Source: Rhodocyclaceae bacterium (GTDB lineage: Bacteria; Pseudomonadota; Gammaproteobacteria; Burkholderiales; Rhodocyclaceae). From it: 64,000 bases of DNA. Below are positions 21,619-34,399 of the stretch, in pieces. Made by a program: the position numbers and the translations under genes. The notes beneath the pieces are model-generated. The model ran no database searches. It saw only the letters and a list, made by a program, of their open reading frames with translations, and had not been told where the DNA came from. The DNA lies in assembly GCA_024709955.1 (NCBI GenBank), contig JANJVS010000172.1, positions 33,314-97,313 of the forward strand. Reading direction: 5' to 3'. The first letter of the stretch is position 1. Each line of letters starts with the position of its first letter.

Positions 21619-21650
21619 GCGGTTCCCCTAGAATCTGGAAAAAGTGCGCG

Positions 21651-21679
21651 ATTCTATTGGGTAATCGCCCGAATGACAA
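21651..21679 (-). promoter_or_regulatory. Sigma70 promoter of the rpsP operon
   Basis: Minus strand TTGTCA-N17-TAGAAT. Confidence 0.75.
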
Positions 21680-21883
21680 GAGCCGCCATGCTTCCGTGCC
21701 GGCCGGCCCGTTCCAGCGTCCCACCAGCGCCGACTTTTGGCTCCGGCCGCGCCTGGGGCGCTTAACCGGCGAACGCCGGCTGGCCTGCGCCGAAAGTCGG
21801 CATGGGCTCCGCGACGCCCACCGTCCCGCGAGCACCGACTTTCCCGCCACGACCGACGGACAAAACTTCGCCGGCCATGGCGT

Positions 21884-22402
21884 CTAGCGCGCCAAGTAAT
21901 ACCGTTCGAACGTCGTCCGCGCATAGTGCCCCTCCGCCACGTAGCGGCCAAGGGCGAGGAACTCGTCCGCATCGCGCGTAGCGCCCGTGTAGCGGGCCAT
22001 CTCCCGGCCATCGGGAGCGACGAAGAGGAAAGTCGGCGTGCCGCGCACGCGCTGGGCGCGGGCGAAGGCCTTTTCGCTCAACTCCTTGCCGGCGAAGTCC
22101 GTGATGCCGACGCTGCCAAGGAAATCGACGGGGAAGATATTGAAGTGGCGCCGATAAAACTGTTGCACGGCCGCCTGGTTGAGCACCTGTTCGCGCATGC
22201 GCCGGCAATAGGGGCAGCCTTCGGCCTCGAACACCAGCAGCACGCCGACCTTGCCCTGCTGCCGGGCGGTCGACAGTTCGGCGGCAAAATCCCCCAGCGA
22301 GGCATCGAAAAAAGCATCGGCACCGGCCGCGCCGGCCGAAGCCGGCATGCCGAGCAGACCGATCCAGGTCAAGACCAGCAGTTTGCGTACCCACATGGAC
22401 AT
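21884..22402 (-). CDS. Exported thioredoxin-fold protein, SoxW-like
   Basis: Signal-like N-terminus, FEAEGCPYCRRM CxxC, RVRGTPTFLF. Confidence 0.8.
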   Translation of the reverse strand: MSMWVRKLLVLTWIGLLGMPASAGAAGADAFFDASLGDFAAELSTARQQGKVGVLLVFEAEGCPYCRRMREQVLNQAAVQQFYRRHFNIFPVDFLGSVGITDFAGKELSEKAFARAQRVRGTPTFLFVAPDGREMARYTGATRDADEFLALGRYVAEGHYARTTFERYYLAR

Positions 22403-22445
22403 CGCGGCAAGCCTCCGTTGAGGAATCGACAGTCTTCGGACGATT

Positions 22446-23291
22446 CTACAAAAGTCGCGCCCCGCCTTGGTTCCGGCGTCCGCCTGCATCCGGCAGTTCC
22501 GCGGTGAGCAGGGCACCCAGCAGAATCACCGACCAGGACAGGTACAGCCAGAGCAAGAAAATCGGCATCGCCGCGAAGGCACCGTAGATGAGCGTATAAG
22601 TGGGAAACTTCACGACGTAGAGCGCGAACAGTCGCTGCATCCCGACGAAGGCGAGGGCGGCAAGCATGCCGGCAAGCCCCGCGTGCCAGCGCGAAACCGG
22701 ACGATTCGGCAGCGCCCAGTAGAGCAGGCCGAAGAGCAGCGCCAGAAAGGCCAACGGTATCGCCTGGGAAAACAGCACGCGCAGCCAGCCCGACTCATCA
22801 ATGAAACCGAAGGAGGCGCCCGCCAGATAGGTGATGCTCGCCAGGGCGCCGCCGAACACCAGCGGGCCGGCCAGCAAGGCCAGCAGGTGCAAGGCCAGGC
22901 GTTTCAGCCAGGGGCGCCGCTTCCGCACCCGCCAGATCGCGTTGAAGGCATGTTCGATGGTCAGCATCTGCATCACGGCGGTCACCGCCAGCATGCCAAG
23001 ACCGATCCAGGTCACCCGCTCGGCGCGGTGGGCGAACTGGCCGAGATGCTTGGCGATGACGACCCCCGCCTTGTCCGGCAGCAATGTGCCGAGGATGAAC
23101 TTTTCGAGGGTGCTGCCGAGATTGATGCCGAAAGGCAGGCTCTCGATCAGCACCGCCCCGATGGCCAGCATCGGCACCAATCCCAGCAGCGTGGCGAAGG
23201 AAAGCGCGGCCGCCGTCTGGGCGCAACGCTCCGCGCCGAAGCGGCGCGCCACGCGGGCGACGAGAACGAATGGCGCGATCAGCCAGTGCAT
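22446..23291 (-). CDS. YihY/virulence factor BrkB family inner membrane protein
   Basis: AAALSFATLLGLVP, YGAFAAMPIFLLWLYLSWSVILLGA. Confidence 0.9.
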   Translation of the reverse strand: MHWLIAPFVLVARVARRFGAERCAQTAAALSFATLLGLVPMLAIGAVLIESLPFGINLGSTLEKFILGTLLPDKAGVVIAKHLGQFAHRAERVTWIGLGMLAVTAVMQMLTIEHAFNAIWRVRKRRPWLKRLALHLLALLAGPLVFGGALASITYLAGASFGFIDESGWLRVLFSQAIPLAFLALLFGLLYWALPNRPVSRWHAGLAGMLAALAFVGMQRLFALYVVKFPTYTLIYGAFAAMPIFLLWLYLSWSVILLGALLTAELPDAGGRRNQGGARLL

Positions 23292-23323
23292 AATCCGTCC
23301 CACTCCCATATCCGCAGATTCAC

Positions 23324-23701
23324 ATGTCCCTCGCCGGAAGTTCCGCTCCCCGTCGCTGCAATCTCGCGGCGATCGTCAGCCTCCTGCTGCTGATCGCGCT
23401 GTGCATTTCCTGGGAGCTTTGGCTCGCTCCCCTGCGACCGGGCGGCTCATGGCTGGTACTGAAGGCCCTGCCGCTGCTGGCGCCACTTTTCGGCATTCTG
23501 CACGGTCGCCGCTATACCCATCAGTGGGCCAGCCTGCTGATCCAGCTCTACCTGCTCGAAGGCCTGACGCGCGCGACCACGGACAGCGGCGCGATGCAAT
23601 CGCTCGCCGTCCTGGAAGTGGCGCTGGCGCTGGTCTTCTTCTTCGCCGCCGTATGCTACGCGCGCACCACCGCGCCAAGCCGCCTCAAAGCTGGGGATTG
23701 A
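23324..23701 (+). CDS. DUF2069 family membrane protein
   Basis: [40 protein letters not shown]. Confidence 0.8.
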   Translation: MSLAGSSAPRRCNLAAIVSLLLLIALCISWELWLAPLRPGGSWLVLKALPLLAPLFGILHGRRYTHQWASLLIQLYLLEGLTRATTDSGAMQSLAVLEVALALVFFFAAVCYARTTAPSRLKAGD

Positions 23702-25223
23702 CGCGCTCCAGCCCGGCGTGCAGCTTGTTGAGGGCGTTCAGGTAGGCCTTGGCGGAGGCGACGATGATGTCGGTGTCCGCTCCCTGGCCGTTCACGATGC
23801 GGTCGTCCTTGGCCAGGCGCACCGTCACCTCGCCCTGGGCATCGGTACCCGTCGTGATCGCATTCACCGAATAGAGCAGCTGTTCCGCGCCGCTGTTGGC
23901 GACGCTTTCGATGGCACGCAGCGCCGCATCCACCGGGCCGCTGCCGGTCGCTTGGGCATGCCGTTCCGCGCCACCGACCGACAGGGTCAGTTCGGCGCGC
24001 GGCTGCTCGCCGGTCTCGGAATGGAATTTCGAGGCGATCAGCTTGTAGTGCTCGACCTCGGGCGTGACCATCTCGTCCGACACCAGCGCGTGCAGGTCCT
24101 CGTCGAAAATCTCGCGCTTCTTGTCGGCGAGCTCCTTGAAGCGGGTGAAAGCGGTGTTGAGGGCTTCCTCGCTCGCCAGCTCGATGCCCAGTTCGGCGAG
24201 CTTGGTCTTGAAGGCGTTGCGCCCGGACAACTTGCCCAGCGATAGCTTGTTGGCGTTCCAGCCCACGTCCTCGGCGCGCATGATCTCGTAGGTCTCGCGG
24301 TGCTTGAGCACGCCGTCCTGATGGATGCCGGACTCGTGGGCGAAGGCGTTGGCGCCGACGATCGCCTTGTTCGGCTGCACCACGTAGCCGGTGATCTGCG
24401 AGACGAGCCGCGAAGCCGGCACGATCTGGGTGGTATCGATGCGCGTCTCGACCGGAAACAGATCCTTGCGAGTGCGCACCGCCATCACCACCTCTTCGAG
24501 GGAGGCGTTGCCGGCGCGCTCGCCGAGGCCATTCACGGTGCACTCGACCTGGCGCGCCCCGTTGAGCACCGCCGCCAGCGAGTTGGCGACGGCGAGGCCG
24601 AGATCGTTATGGCAGTGGGTCGACCAGACCGCCTTGTCGGCGTTGGGAACGCGCGCGCGCAGGGTCTTGAACAGCTCGCCCCAGACCTGCGGGATGTTGT
24701 AGCCGACGGTGTCGGCGATATTCACCGTCTTGGCCCCGGCGGCGATGACGGCCTCCAGCACGCGGCAGAGGAAATCGATGTCCGAGCGGCCCGCGTCCTC
24801 GGGGGAGAACTCGACGTCATCGGTGTATTGGCGCGCCCATTTGACGGCCTTGACCGCCTGCTCGACGACCTGCTCGGGCTCCATGCGCAGCTTCATCTGC
24901 ATGTGGATCGGCGAGGTGGCGATGAAGGTGTGCACGCGGCCACGCGCGGCTGGCTTGATCGCCTCGCCGGCCTTGCGGATGTCGTTCTCGTTGGCGCGCG
25001 ACAGCGAACAGACGGTGGAATCCTTGATCGCCTCGGCGATGGCGCGGATCGCCTCATAGTCGCCCGGGCTCGCGGCGGCGAAGCCGGCCTCGATGATGTC
25101 CACCTTCATGCGCTCCAGCTGGCGCGCGACGCGCACCTTCTCCTCGCGCGTCATCGCCGCGCCGGGGCTCTGCTCGCCATCGCGCAGCGTGGTGTCGAAA
25201 ATCAACAGCGTATCTTTGCTCAT
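23685..25223 (-). CDS. leuA: 2-isopropylmalate synthase
   Basis: [41 protein letters not shown]. Confidence 0.98.
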   Translation of the reverse strand: MSKDTLLIFDTTLRDGEQSPGAAMTREEKVRVARQLERMKVDIIEAGFAAASPGDYEAIRAIAEAIKDSTVCSLSRANENDIRKAGEAIKPAARGRVHTFIATSPIHMQMKLRMEPEQVVEQAVKAVKWARQYTDDVEFSPEDAGRSDIDFLCRVLEAVIAAGAKTVNIADTVGYNIPQVWGELFKTLRARVPNADKAVWSTHCHNDLGLAVANSLAAVLNGARQVECTVNGLGERAGNASLEEVVMAVRTRKDLFPVETRIDTTQIVPASRLVSQITGYVVQPNKAIVGANAFAHESGIHQDGVLKHRETYEIMRAEDVGWNANKLSLGKLSGRNAFKTKLAELGIELASEEALNTAFTRFKELADKKREIFDEDLHALVSDEMVTPEVEHYKLIASKFHSETGEQPRAELTLSVGGAERHAQATGSGPVDAALRAIESVANSGAEQLLYSVNAITTGTDAQGEVTVRLAKDDRIVNGQGADTDIIVASAKAYLNALNKLHAGLERVNPQL

Positions 25224-25251
25224 GTCGTCTCCATCGGGATTGCCGGCCCTC

Positions 25252-26019
25252 TTATTCGGAGCGGGCGATTTTCTTCCGCCGCCCGATCCAGTCGGCGAGG
25301 CCGAGCGCATAGCCGGACAGCGCGTAGAGAAGGAACAGGGCGAACAGCACGCCGGGCGGGTAGCTCGATACCAGCGCGAAACCGAGCGCGAAGGCGGCCA
25401 CCATCATGAAGGGCACGCTCTTCCTCAGGTTGATGTCCTTGCCCGAGTAGTAGCGCAAGTTGCTGACCATGGTGATGCCGGCGAAAATGGTCAGGACACA
25501 GGCGTACCAGGCGGCATCCTCGCCGCTCCAGTTATTGTCGATCATTACCCAGACCAGGCCGGCCACTAGCGCGGCGGCGGCCGGGCTGGGCAGGCCCTGG
25601 AAGTAGCGCTTGTCGACGACCTCGATATTGGTATTGAAGCGCGCCAGGCGCAGGGCGGCACCGGCGCAGTAGATGAAGGCGGCGATCCAGCCCAGCTTGC
25701 CGAGGCCCTTGAGCGCCCAGACATAGACCACCAGCGCCGGGGCGGCGCCGAAGGACACCATGTCGGACAGGGAGTCGTACTCGGCGCCGAAGGCGCTCTG
25801 GGTATGCGTCAGACGCGCCACGCGGCCGTCGAGGCCGTCGAACACCATGGCGATGAAGATCGCCACCGCCGCCACCTCGAACTTGCCGTTCATCGCCTGG
25901 ACGATGGCGAAGAAGCCGGAGAACAGCGCCGCCGTGGTCAGCAGGTTGGGCAGGATGTAGATGCCACGTCGGCGCAGTTCCGGATTGAACAGGGTCTTGC
26001 GGGGTCGATAGTCAGGCAT
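25252..26019 (-). CDS. pssA: CDP-diacylglycerol--serine O-phosphatidyltransferase
   Basis: [27 protein letters not shown]-alcohol phosphotransferase motif; adjacent to psd. Confidence 0.96.
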   Translation of the reverse strand: MPDYRPRKTLFNPELRRRGIYILPNLLTTAALFSGFFAIVQAMNGKFEVAAVAIFIAMVFDGLDGRVARLTHTQSAFGAEYDSLSDMVSFGAAPALVVYVWALKGLGKLGWIAAFIYCAGAALRLARFNTNIEVVDKRYFQGLPSPAAAALVAGLVWVMIDNNWSGEDAAWYACVLTIFAGITMVSNLRYYSGKDINLRKSVPFMMVAAFALGFALVSSYPPGVLFALFLLYALSGYALGLADWIGRRKKIARSE

Positions 26020-26080
26020 GGCTCGCAGGATTGCCGAAGGGTTGGCCGCTGGATGGCGTTATTGTAGCGGCCCGCCCCGC

Positions 26081-26725
26081 TTATGGCAGTTCGGCAAGAA
26101 TGGTGCTGGTCGCGCTCACCGTGTCGCCAACGCCGACTTTTACCCTCACGTCCCTCGGCAGGTAGAGATCGACGCGCGAGCCGAAGCGGATGAAGCCGTA
26201 GCGCTGGCCGCGCACCAGCGGCGCGCCGGCCTCCACGTAGCAGAGGATACGCCGGGCGATCAGGCCGGCCACCTGCACGCAGGTGATGTCCTGGCCGTCG
26301 GTGGTGCGCAAATGCAGGGCATTGCGCTCGTTCTCGGTCGAGGCCTTGTCGAGGTCGGCATTGACGAACTTGCCGGGGTGATACCAGCGCTGCACCACCG
26401 TCCCGTCGACGGGGCTGCGGTTGGAGTGCACGTTGAAGACGTTCATGAACACGCTGATCTTGAGGGTTTCGCGGTTCAGCCAGGGATCGTGCGCCGGCTC
26501 GATGACGACGATACGGCCGTCGGCCGGTGCCAGCACGCTCTTGGCATCGCCGGCCACGGGACGCGCCGGATCGCGAAAGAACTGCAGCACGAAGACAAAG
26601 ATCACCCAGAGCGGGCTCGCCCACAGCCAGCCGGCGGACAGCGTGACCGCCAGGGCGGCGATACCGCTCGCCGCGAGGAAGGGCCAGCCTTCGCGGGCGA
26701 TCAGGGGGTGGGGATAGGAATTCAA
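26081..26725 (-). CDS. psd: Phosphatidylserine decarboxylase proenzyme
   Basis: FFRDP, SPADG-like [20 protein letters not shown] self-cleavage motif; GGAGG RBS then TTG. Confidence 0.96.
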   Translation of the reverse strand: MNSYPHPLIAREGWPFLAASGIAALAVTLSAGWLWASPLWVIFVFVLQFFRDPARPVAGDAKSVLAPADGRIVVIEPAHDPWLNRETLKISVFMNVFNVHSNRSPVDGTVVQRWYHPGKFVNADLDKASTENERNALHLRTTDGQDITCVQVAGLIARRILCYVEAGAPLVRGQRYGFIRFGSRVDLYLPRDVRVKVGVGDTVSATSTILAELP

Positions 26726-26753
26726 GCTAGGCCTCCAGGGAGCGGGCTGAGAC

Positions 26754-26781
26754 AAAAAAGGCACAGCGCGGGCTGTGCCTT
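26754..26781 (-). terminator. Rho-independent terminator after ilvC
   Basis: AAGGCACAGC-N4-GCTGTGCCTT hairpin with a T-run on the minus strand. Confidence 0.8.
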
Positions 26782-26802
26782 CGGGAAGCGATCAGGCGAA
26801 CA

Positions 26803-30046
<3,244 letters not shown>

Positions 30047-30200
30047 TGTGATAAGTCCGTCTAAACCGGGCAGTGCCCGAAACATGCAACAATACTTGAC
30101 GAAACCAAGTACGGTCAAGGCTTCCGGAAAACTTGAACGTCCCTAGTCATTTAGGGATATTTACCCCGGCCAGTCCAAGACATCGAGGAAAACCCCAGCC

Positions 30201-30764
30201 TTGGCCTCACGCACCGAGCTCTCCGATTTTCTCGCCAGCGTCGAACGCCGCGCCTTCAAGCAGGCCGTTTATGCGGTACGCGATGACGACGCCGCCCTCG
30301 ACATCGTGCAGGACAGCATGATGCGTCTTGCGGAAAAATATGGCGCCCGTCCGGTCGCCGAATTACCCCTCCTGTTTCAGCGCATTCTGCAAAATGCCAT
30401 CCGGGATTATTACCGGCGCTCACGCACCAGAATGGGGCACTCCATCTCCCTCTCTGCCCTTGAGTCATCCGAGGACGAGTATGCCGACCCGCTGGAAACA
30501 CTGCAGATCGACGAGGAACACAATCCCTTTGCCACCCCTCCAGCGGCGCTGCTTCAGGCCGAAACCCTGAACTTGCTGGAAGAAGCGCTGCATAATCTGC
30601 CCCCGCGTCAACGTGAAGCCTTCCTGCTGCGTTATTGGGAGGGTTTGGATATCGCCGAAACAGCGGCCGCGATGGATTGCAGCGAAGGCAGCGTCAAAAC
30701 CCACTGTTCGCGAGCCGCTCACGCACTGGCGGCCGCGCTTGCGGCGAAAGGAATCCGACCATGA
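30201..30764 (+). CDS. ECF-type RNA polymerase sigma factor
   Basis: DIVQDSM region 2; LPPRQREAFLLRYWEGLDIAETA..SEGSVKTH region 4; TTG start. Confidence 0.93.
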   Translation: MASRTELSDFLASVERRAFKQAVYAVRDDDAALDIVQDSMMRLAEKYGARPVAELPLLFQRILQNAIRDYYRRSRTRMGHSISLSALESSEDEYADPLETLQIDEEHNPFATPPAALLQAETLNLLEEALHNLPPRQREAFLLRYWEGLDIAETAAAMDCSEGSVKTHCSRAAHALAAALAAKGIRP

Positions 30765-31156
30765 GCTCCGAAGAACAATTTGCCCGCCACCTCTGTCGCG
30801 TACTTGACCAAGGTACCCGGACCATCGATACCTCTATTGCGGAGCGCCTGCGCGCCGCACGTGAGCGTGCGCTTGCACACCAGCCCATCGCCGTCGGATC
30901 AATCTCAATAGTCGGCGCCGGCGGGACGGTGGCCCACCTCGGCGGCGGCGACGAAAAGCATCCGCTGCGAACCTTCATCGCCATTCTCGCCCTGCTGCTG
31001 GGCGTCTGCGTGGCTTACTACTGGAACGGCTTCGACCAGGCGACCGAAAACGAGGAAATCGACAGCGCCCTCCTCGCCGACGAACTGCCCCCCAATGCAT
31101 ATTTGGACCGAGGTTTTCAGGCATGGCTGGAAAAACACTCGCGCGCTGGGGAATAG
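30761..31156 (+). CDS. DUF3619 family single-pass protein (probable anti-sigma factor)
   Basis: RLRAARERALA, one hydrophobic segment, IDSALLADELPPNAYLDRGF; ATGA-coupled to the sigma gene. Confidence 0.8.
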   Translation: MSSEEQFARHLCRVLDQGTRTIDTSIAERLRAARERALAHQPIAVGSISIVGAGGTVAHLGGGDEKHPLRTFIAILALLLGVCVAYYWNGFDQATENEEIDSALLADELPPNAYLDRGFQAWLEKHSRAGE

Positions 31157-31719
31157 TTTTCAGCCTGGCGCTGTGGGTGGGAGCGGAACAGGCGTACGCT
31201 GCCCTCCCGCAACTTGACCAGCCCCAATGGTCGGCGCTCACTCCGGAACAAAAGGCCATTCTCGCTCCTTTGGCAAAAGAGTGGAACGAGATGGACGCGT
31301 TCCGCCGCAAGAAGTGGCTCGGCATCGCCCAGCGCTACCCGACCATGTCCCCGGACGAGCAGGTCAGCATGCAGCGCAACATGAAGCAGTGGGCACGGCT
31401 TGCCCCCGAGGAGCGCAAGGCCGCGCGCGAGAAATACAAGACACTGAAGAAGGTGACCCCGGAAGAACGGCAAACCGTACGCCGGAAGTGGGAGGAATAC
31501 AGCGCCCTGCCCCAAGAGGAACGCGACAGGCTCAAAAAAGAAGCCCCACGCCGCCAGCCGCCGCCCAAGACGCCTACCAAACCACCGAAGGCCACACCTC
31601 GGACCGAGGCCGGCCCGGGCCCCAAGCTGCAGCGCTCACCCCTGTCCCCCCTCAAACCACCGCAAAGCACGCTCGTGCCAAAACCACGCAAGCCTGCGCC
31701 ACCGGCCTCCAAGGACTGA
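31123..31719 (+). CDS. DUF3106 family exported helical protein
   Basis: Signal-like N-terminus; repeated W..LTPEQK / W..LAPEERK helices; Pro/Lys-rich tail. Confidence 0.8.
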   Translation: MAGKTLARWGIVFSLALWVGAEQAYAALPQLDQPQWSALTPEQKAILAPLAKEWNEMDAFRRKKWLGIAQRYPTMSPDEQVSMQRNMKQWARLAPEERKAAREKYKTLKKVTPEERQTVRRKWEEYSALPQEERDRLKKEAPRRQPPPKTPTKPPKATPRTEAGPGPKLQRSPLSPLKPPQSTLVPKPRKPAPPASKD

Positions 31720-31725
31720 CCCCGC

Positions 31726-32190
31726 TTGCCGCCCTCTCAGTATCCGCTCGCCGGGATCAGGCGGCGTCTTGCTGGCATGCTTTATGAGTCGCTGCTGCTG
31801 CTTGGCGTGCTTTCCGTCGCTTTCATGCTGCCCCATCTCGCGCTGGGCATGGGAGCTGGCATTGTGCTTCCCGGCCCCGTGTTGCTCATTCACGTATTCC
31901 TCGTGATGGGCATCTACTTTGTTTGGTACTGGCGACATGGCGGCCAGACCCTCGCCATGCAAACATGGAAGCTGAAGCTCGTCAGCGCCGAGGGCGGCGA
32001 GGCCGGCCTCGGCCGGCTATGCCTGCGCTATTGCCTGAGCTGGCCAAGCCTGCTGTTCTATGGCGCCGGTCTGCTATGGGCACTACTCGACCGGGACGGC
32101 CAGTTCCTGCACGACAGGCTGGCGGGCACCCGCATCGTCAGCGTCGCTCAACCCACCACAACATCGACGCAGCCGCCAGCAGGAACATGA
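31726..32190 (+). CDS. RDD family membrane protein
   Basis: RRRLAGMLYESLL..GQTLAMQTWKL..FLHDRLAGT. Confidence 0.88.
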   Translation: MPPSQYPLAGIRRRLAGMLYESLLLLGVLSVAFMLPHLALGMGAGIVLPGPVLLIHVFLVMGIYFVWYWRHGGQTLAMQTWKLKLVSAEGGEAGLGRLCLRYCLSWPSLLFYGAGLLWALLDRDGQFLHDRLAGTRIVSVAQPTTTSTQPPAGT

Positions 32191-33217
32191 CGCTCGGCGT
32201 GACCGCCGCCAGCAAGGGCTGCCAGCTGTTGATGACACCGAGATGGGAAAACAGGCCATTGAGCATGTGGAAGAGAATCCCGAGCATCACGCCGGCGAAT
32301 ACCTTCAGGCTCACGGCGCCCATGCGATCGTGGGCATAGGCGAATGGCAATGCCAGGGCAATCATCACGAGCGTCGCCAGCGGATAGACGAGCTTCTTCC
32401 ATAGTGCGATTTCGTAGCGTTGCGTTTTCTGCTGGTTCTCGCTCAAATGACGGATGTACTGGTAGAGATTGACCAGGGACATGCGCTCCGGCACCACCAG
32501 CAATACCGAGAGAATGTCGGGATTGAGCGCCGACTGCCACGCCAGTTCCGCCTGGCGCGAGACTTGGGCTCCGTCGTCGTCGAACTGCGTGCGCACCACG
32601 TTGGTCAGCTGCCAATGGCCGGGAGGGACAAAGCTGCCTTTCTCGGCCTCGCTGATCGAGCGCAGATGGTATTTCTCGTCGAAAGCGTAGACCCGGACAC
32701 CGCGCAAGCTGGCATCCGGCAACACATCCCGGACATTGATGAAGGACTGGCCATCCTTCACCCACAGGCCTGAGCGAAACTCCTGCCCCACCAGCTTGCT
32801 CATGGCGGTCAGGCGCAATTGCTGCGCGGCGCGCTCCGCTGGAGGTGCGACGAACTCCCCGAGGACGAAGGTCAGCACGACAAACGCGCTGCCGATTTTC
32901 GTCAGGGCCAGCAGCAGGTCCAGCGTCGGCAGGCCGGATGCGCGCAAGACGGTGATCTCGGAATGCCGCGCCAGCAGGGTCAGGGCGTACAAGGCGCCAA
33001 TCAACACCGCGATCGGGAATATCTCATAGGCCCGGCCCGGCAAGGTCAGCGCGACATACCCCACCGCATGCTGCAATTGATACCCCCCCTTGCCGACATC
33101 CTCCATTTCATGGATCAGGTCGAAAAAAGCAAAGAGGAACAGGAACGCCGCCAGCACCAGCAAGGTCGCGCCGTAGATTTCCCGCGCGAGATGGCGCTCA
33201 TAGACCTTTAGCGCCAT
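32138..33217 (-). CDS. lptG: LPS export ABC transporter permease LptG
   Basis: SEITVLRASG, YEIALWKK; paired with lptF. Confidence 0.95.
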   Translation of the reverse strand: MALKVYERHLAREIYGATLLVLAAFLFLFAFFDLIHEMEDVGKGGYQLQHAVGYVALTLPGRAYEIFPIAVLIGALYALTLLARHSEITVLRASGLPTLDLLLALTKIGSAFVVLTFVLGEFVAPPAERAAQQLRLTAMSKLVGQEFRSGLWVKDGQSFINVRDVLPDASLRGVRVYAFDEKYHLRSISEAEKGSFVPPGHWQLTNVVRTQFDDDGAQVSRQAELAWQSALNPDILSVLLVVPERMSLVNLYQYIRHLSENQQKTQRYEIALWKKLVYPLATLVMIALALPFAYAHDRMGAVSLKVFAGVMLGILFHMLNGLFSHLGVINSWQPLLAAVTPSVMFLLAAASMLWWVERR

Positions 33218-34293
33218 AGACGCCACACCGAGAAGACAATCAGCCGCTTCCAGAACAACAGGATCAGGGCGGCAAACATCAGAACATGCACGGCCCAGAC
33301 TCCGATCTCGAACGGTAAACGGCCTTGCGCCACCCATGCCTGGCTCACGGATAGCAGGTTGCTATACACCATGAAGGTCAGCAAGGCGAAAATCAAGTTG
33401 TTGGTGCGCCCGGCGCGAGGATTGACGAAGGAAAGCGGGATGGCCAGCAGCGCCAGCGTCAAGGCGGAAAGCGGCACGCCGATACGCCACAGCAGTTCGC
33501 CGCGATTGGCCGGTGTCTGGTCACGCAAAAGCTCCCAGGTCGTGAGGGTTTTCGCGGTTTTTTCGACGCCACGACTTTCCTTGGACTCGATGCGCATGGC
33601 GTAGCGATCGAACTCCATCACGCGATATTCCGCCGCGCCGGCTGTTCCCTCGTAACGACGCCCTTGGGACAGCACCAGGAATTTGTCCCCGTTCTCGGCC
33701 ACTTCGGTATGCCCCTGGGAGGCGGCCATCACCCCCAGGCGCCCATGCTGCATCGAATTGATGAAAATATTCTTGACGCGGTCGGCGCCATCTTCGCCAG
33801 TGATCGACTCGACGAAGAATACCCGGTCGCCGCGCGAGGACTCCTTGAAAGCGCCGGGGCTGACCCGCGCCACATCGTCCCGCTGGTCCATGCGCTTCTG
33901 GTACTCGGCGCGCTTGGTGAGCGCCCAGGGAGACAGGAACAAGACCAGCACGGCGATCGCCAGCACGACCGGCAATGCGAAGCGCAGCACCGGCCGCACC
34001 CAGGCGGTCAGTGCCACTCCCGAGGAAAACCAGATCGCCATTTCGGAATCGCGATAAACCCGCGCCAAGGAAAGCAGGATCGCGATGAACAGGGTCAGCG
34101 ACAGCAGCACCGGCAGATAGTTCAGGGCGGCAAAACCGAGCAGCGCCACCACCGCCTCGGATGCGATGCGGCCACCCGCCGCCTGCCCCAGCAACCGGAT
34201 CAACTGCGTCGTCAGCAGGATCGCGAACAAGGCCACGAAAACCGCCGTGGCCGTCTGGGCAAATTCACGCTGGGCGGCGCGCAGAAAGATCAT
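33208..34293 (-). CDS. lptF: LPS export ABC transporter permease LptF
   Basis: RVYRDSEMAIWFSSG, LAIPLSFVNPRAGR; divergent from pepA as is usual. Confidence 0.95.
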   Translation of the reverse strand: MIFLRAAQREFAQTATAVFVALFAILLTTQLIRLLGQAAGGRIASEAVVALLGFAALNYLPVLLSLTLFIAILLSLARVYRDSEMAIWFSSGVALTAWVRPVLRFALPVVLAIAVLVLFLSPWALTKRAEYQKRMDQRDDVARVSPGAFKESSRGDRVFFVESITGEDGADRVKNIFINSMQHGRLGVMAASQGHTEVAENGDKFLVLSQGRRYEGTAGAAEYRVMEFDRYAMRIESKESRGVEKTAKTLTTWELLRDQTPANRGELLWRIGVPLSALTLALLAIPLSFVNPRAGRTNNLIFALLTFMVYSNLLSVSQAWVAQGRLPFEIGVWAVHVLMFAALILLFWKRLIVFSVWRLWR

Positions 34294-34399
34294 CGTGTCG
34301 GAGCCAGCCGTAGCAGAATCTGGAATTCGTCGCCGGAATAGAGAAAAAGCGTGAAATATGCTTAAACTTCACGCTTTCGCCAATTTGAAGGAGTGCGCG

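Noticed and set aside
30047-30200. Ile/Leu/Val leader-peptide attenuator before ilvB
   Set aside because: No short ORF with tandem branched-chain codons plus terminator is visible; the space is shared with the divergent sigma gene.
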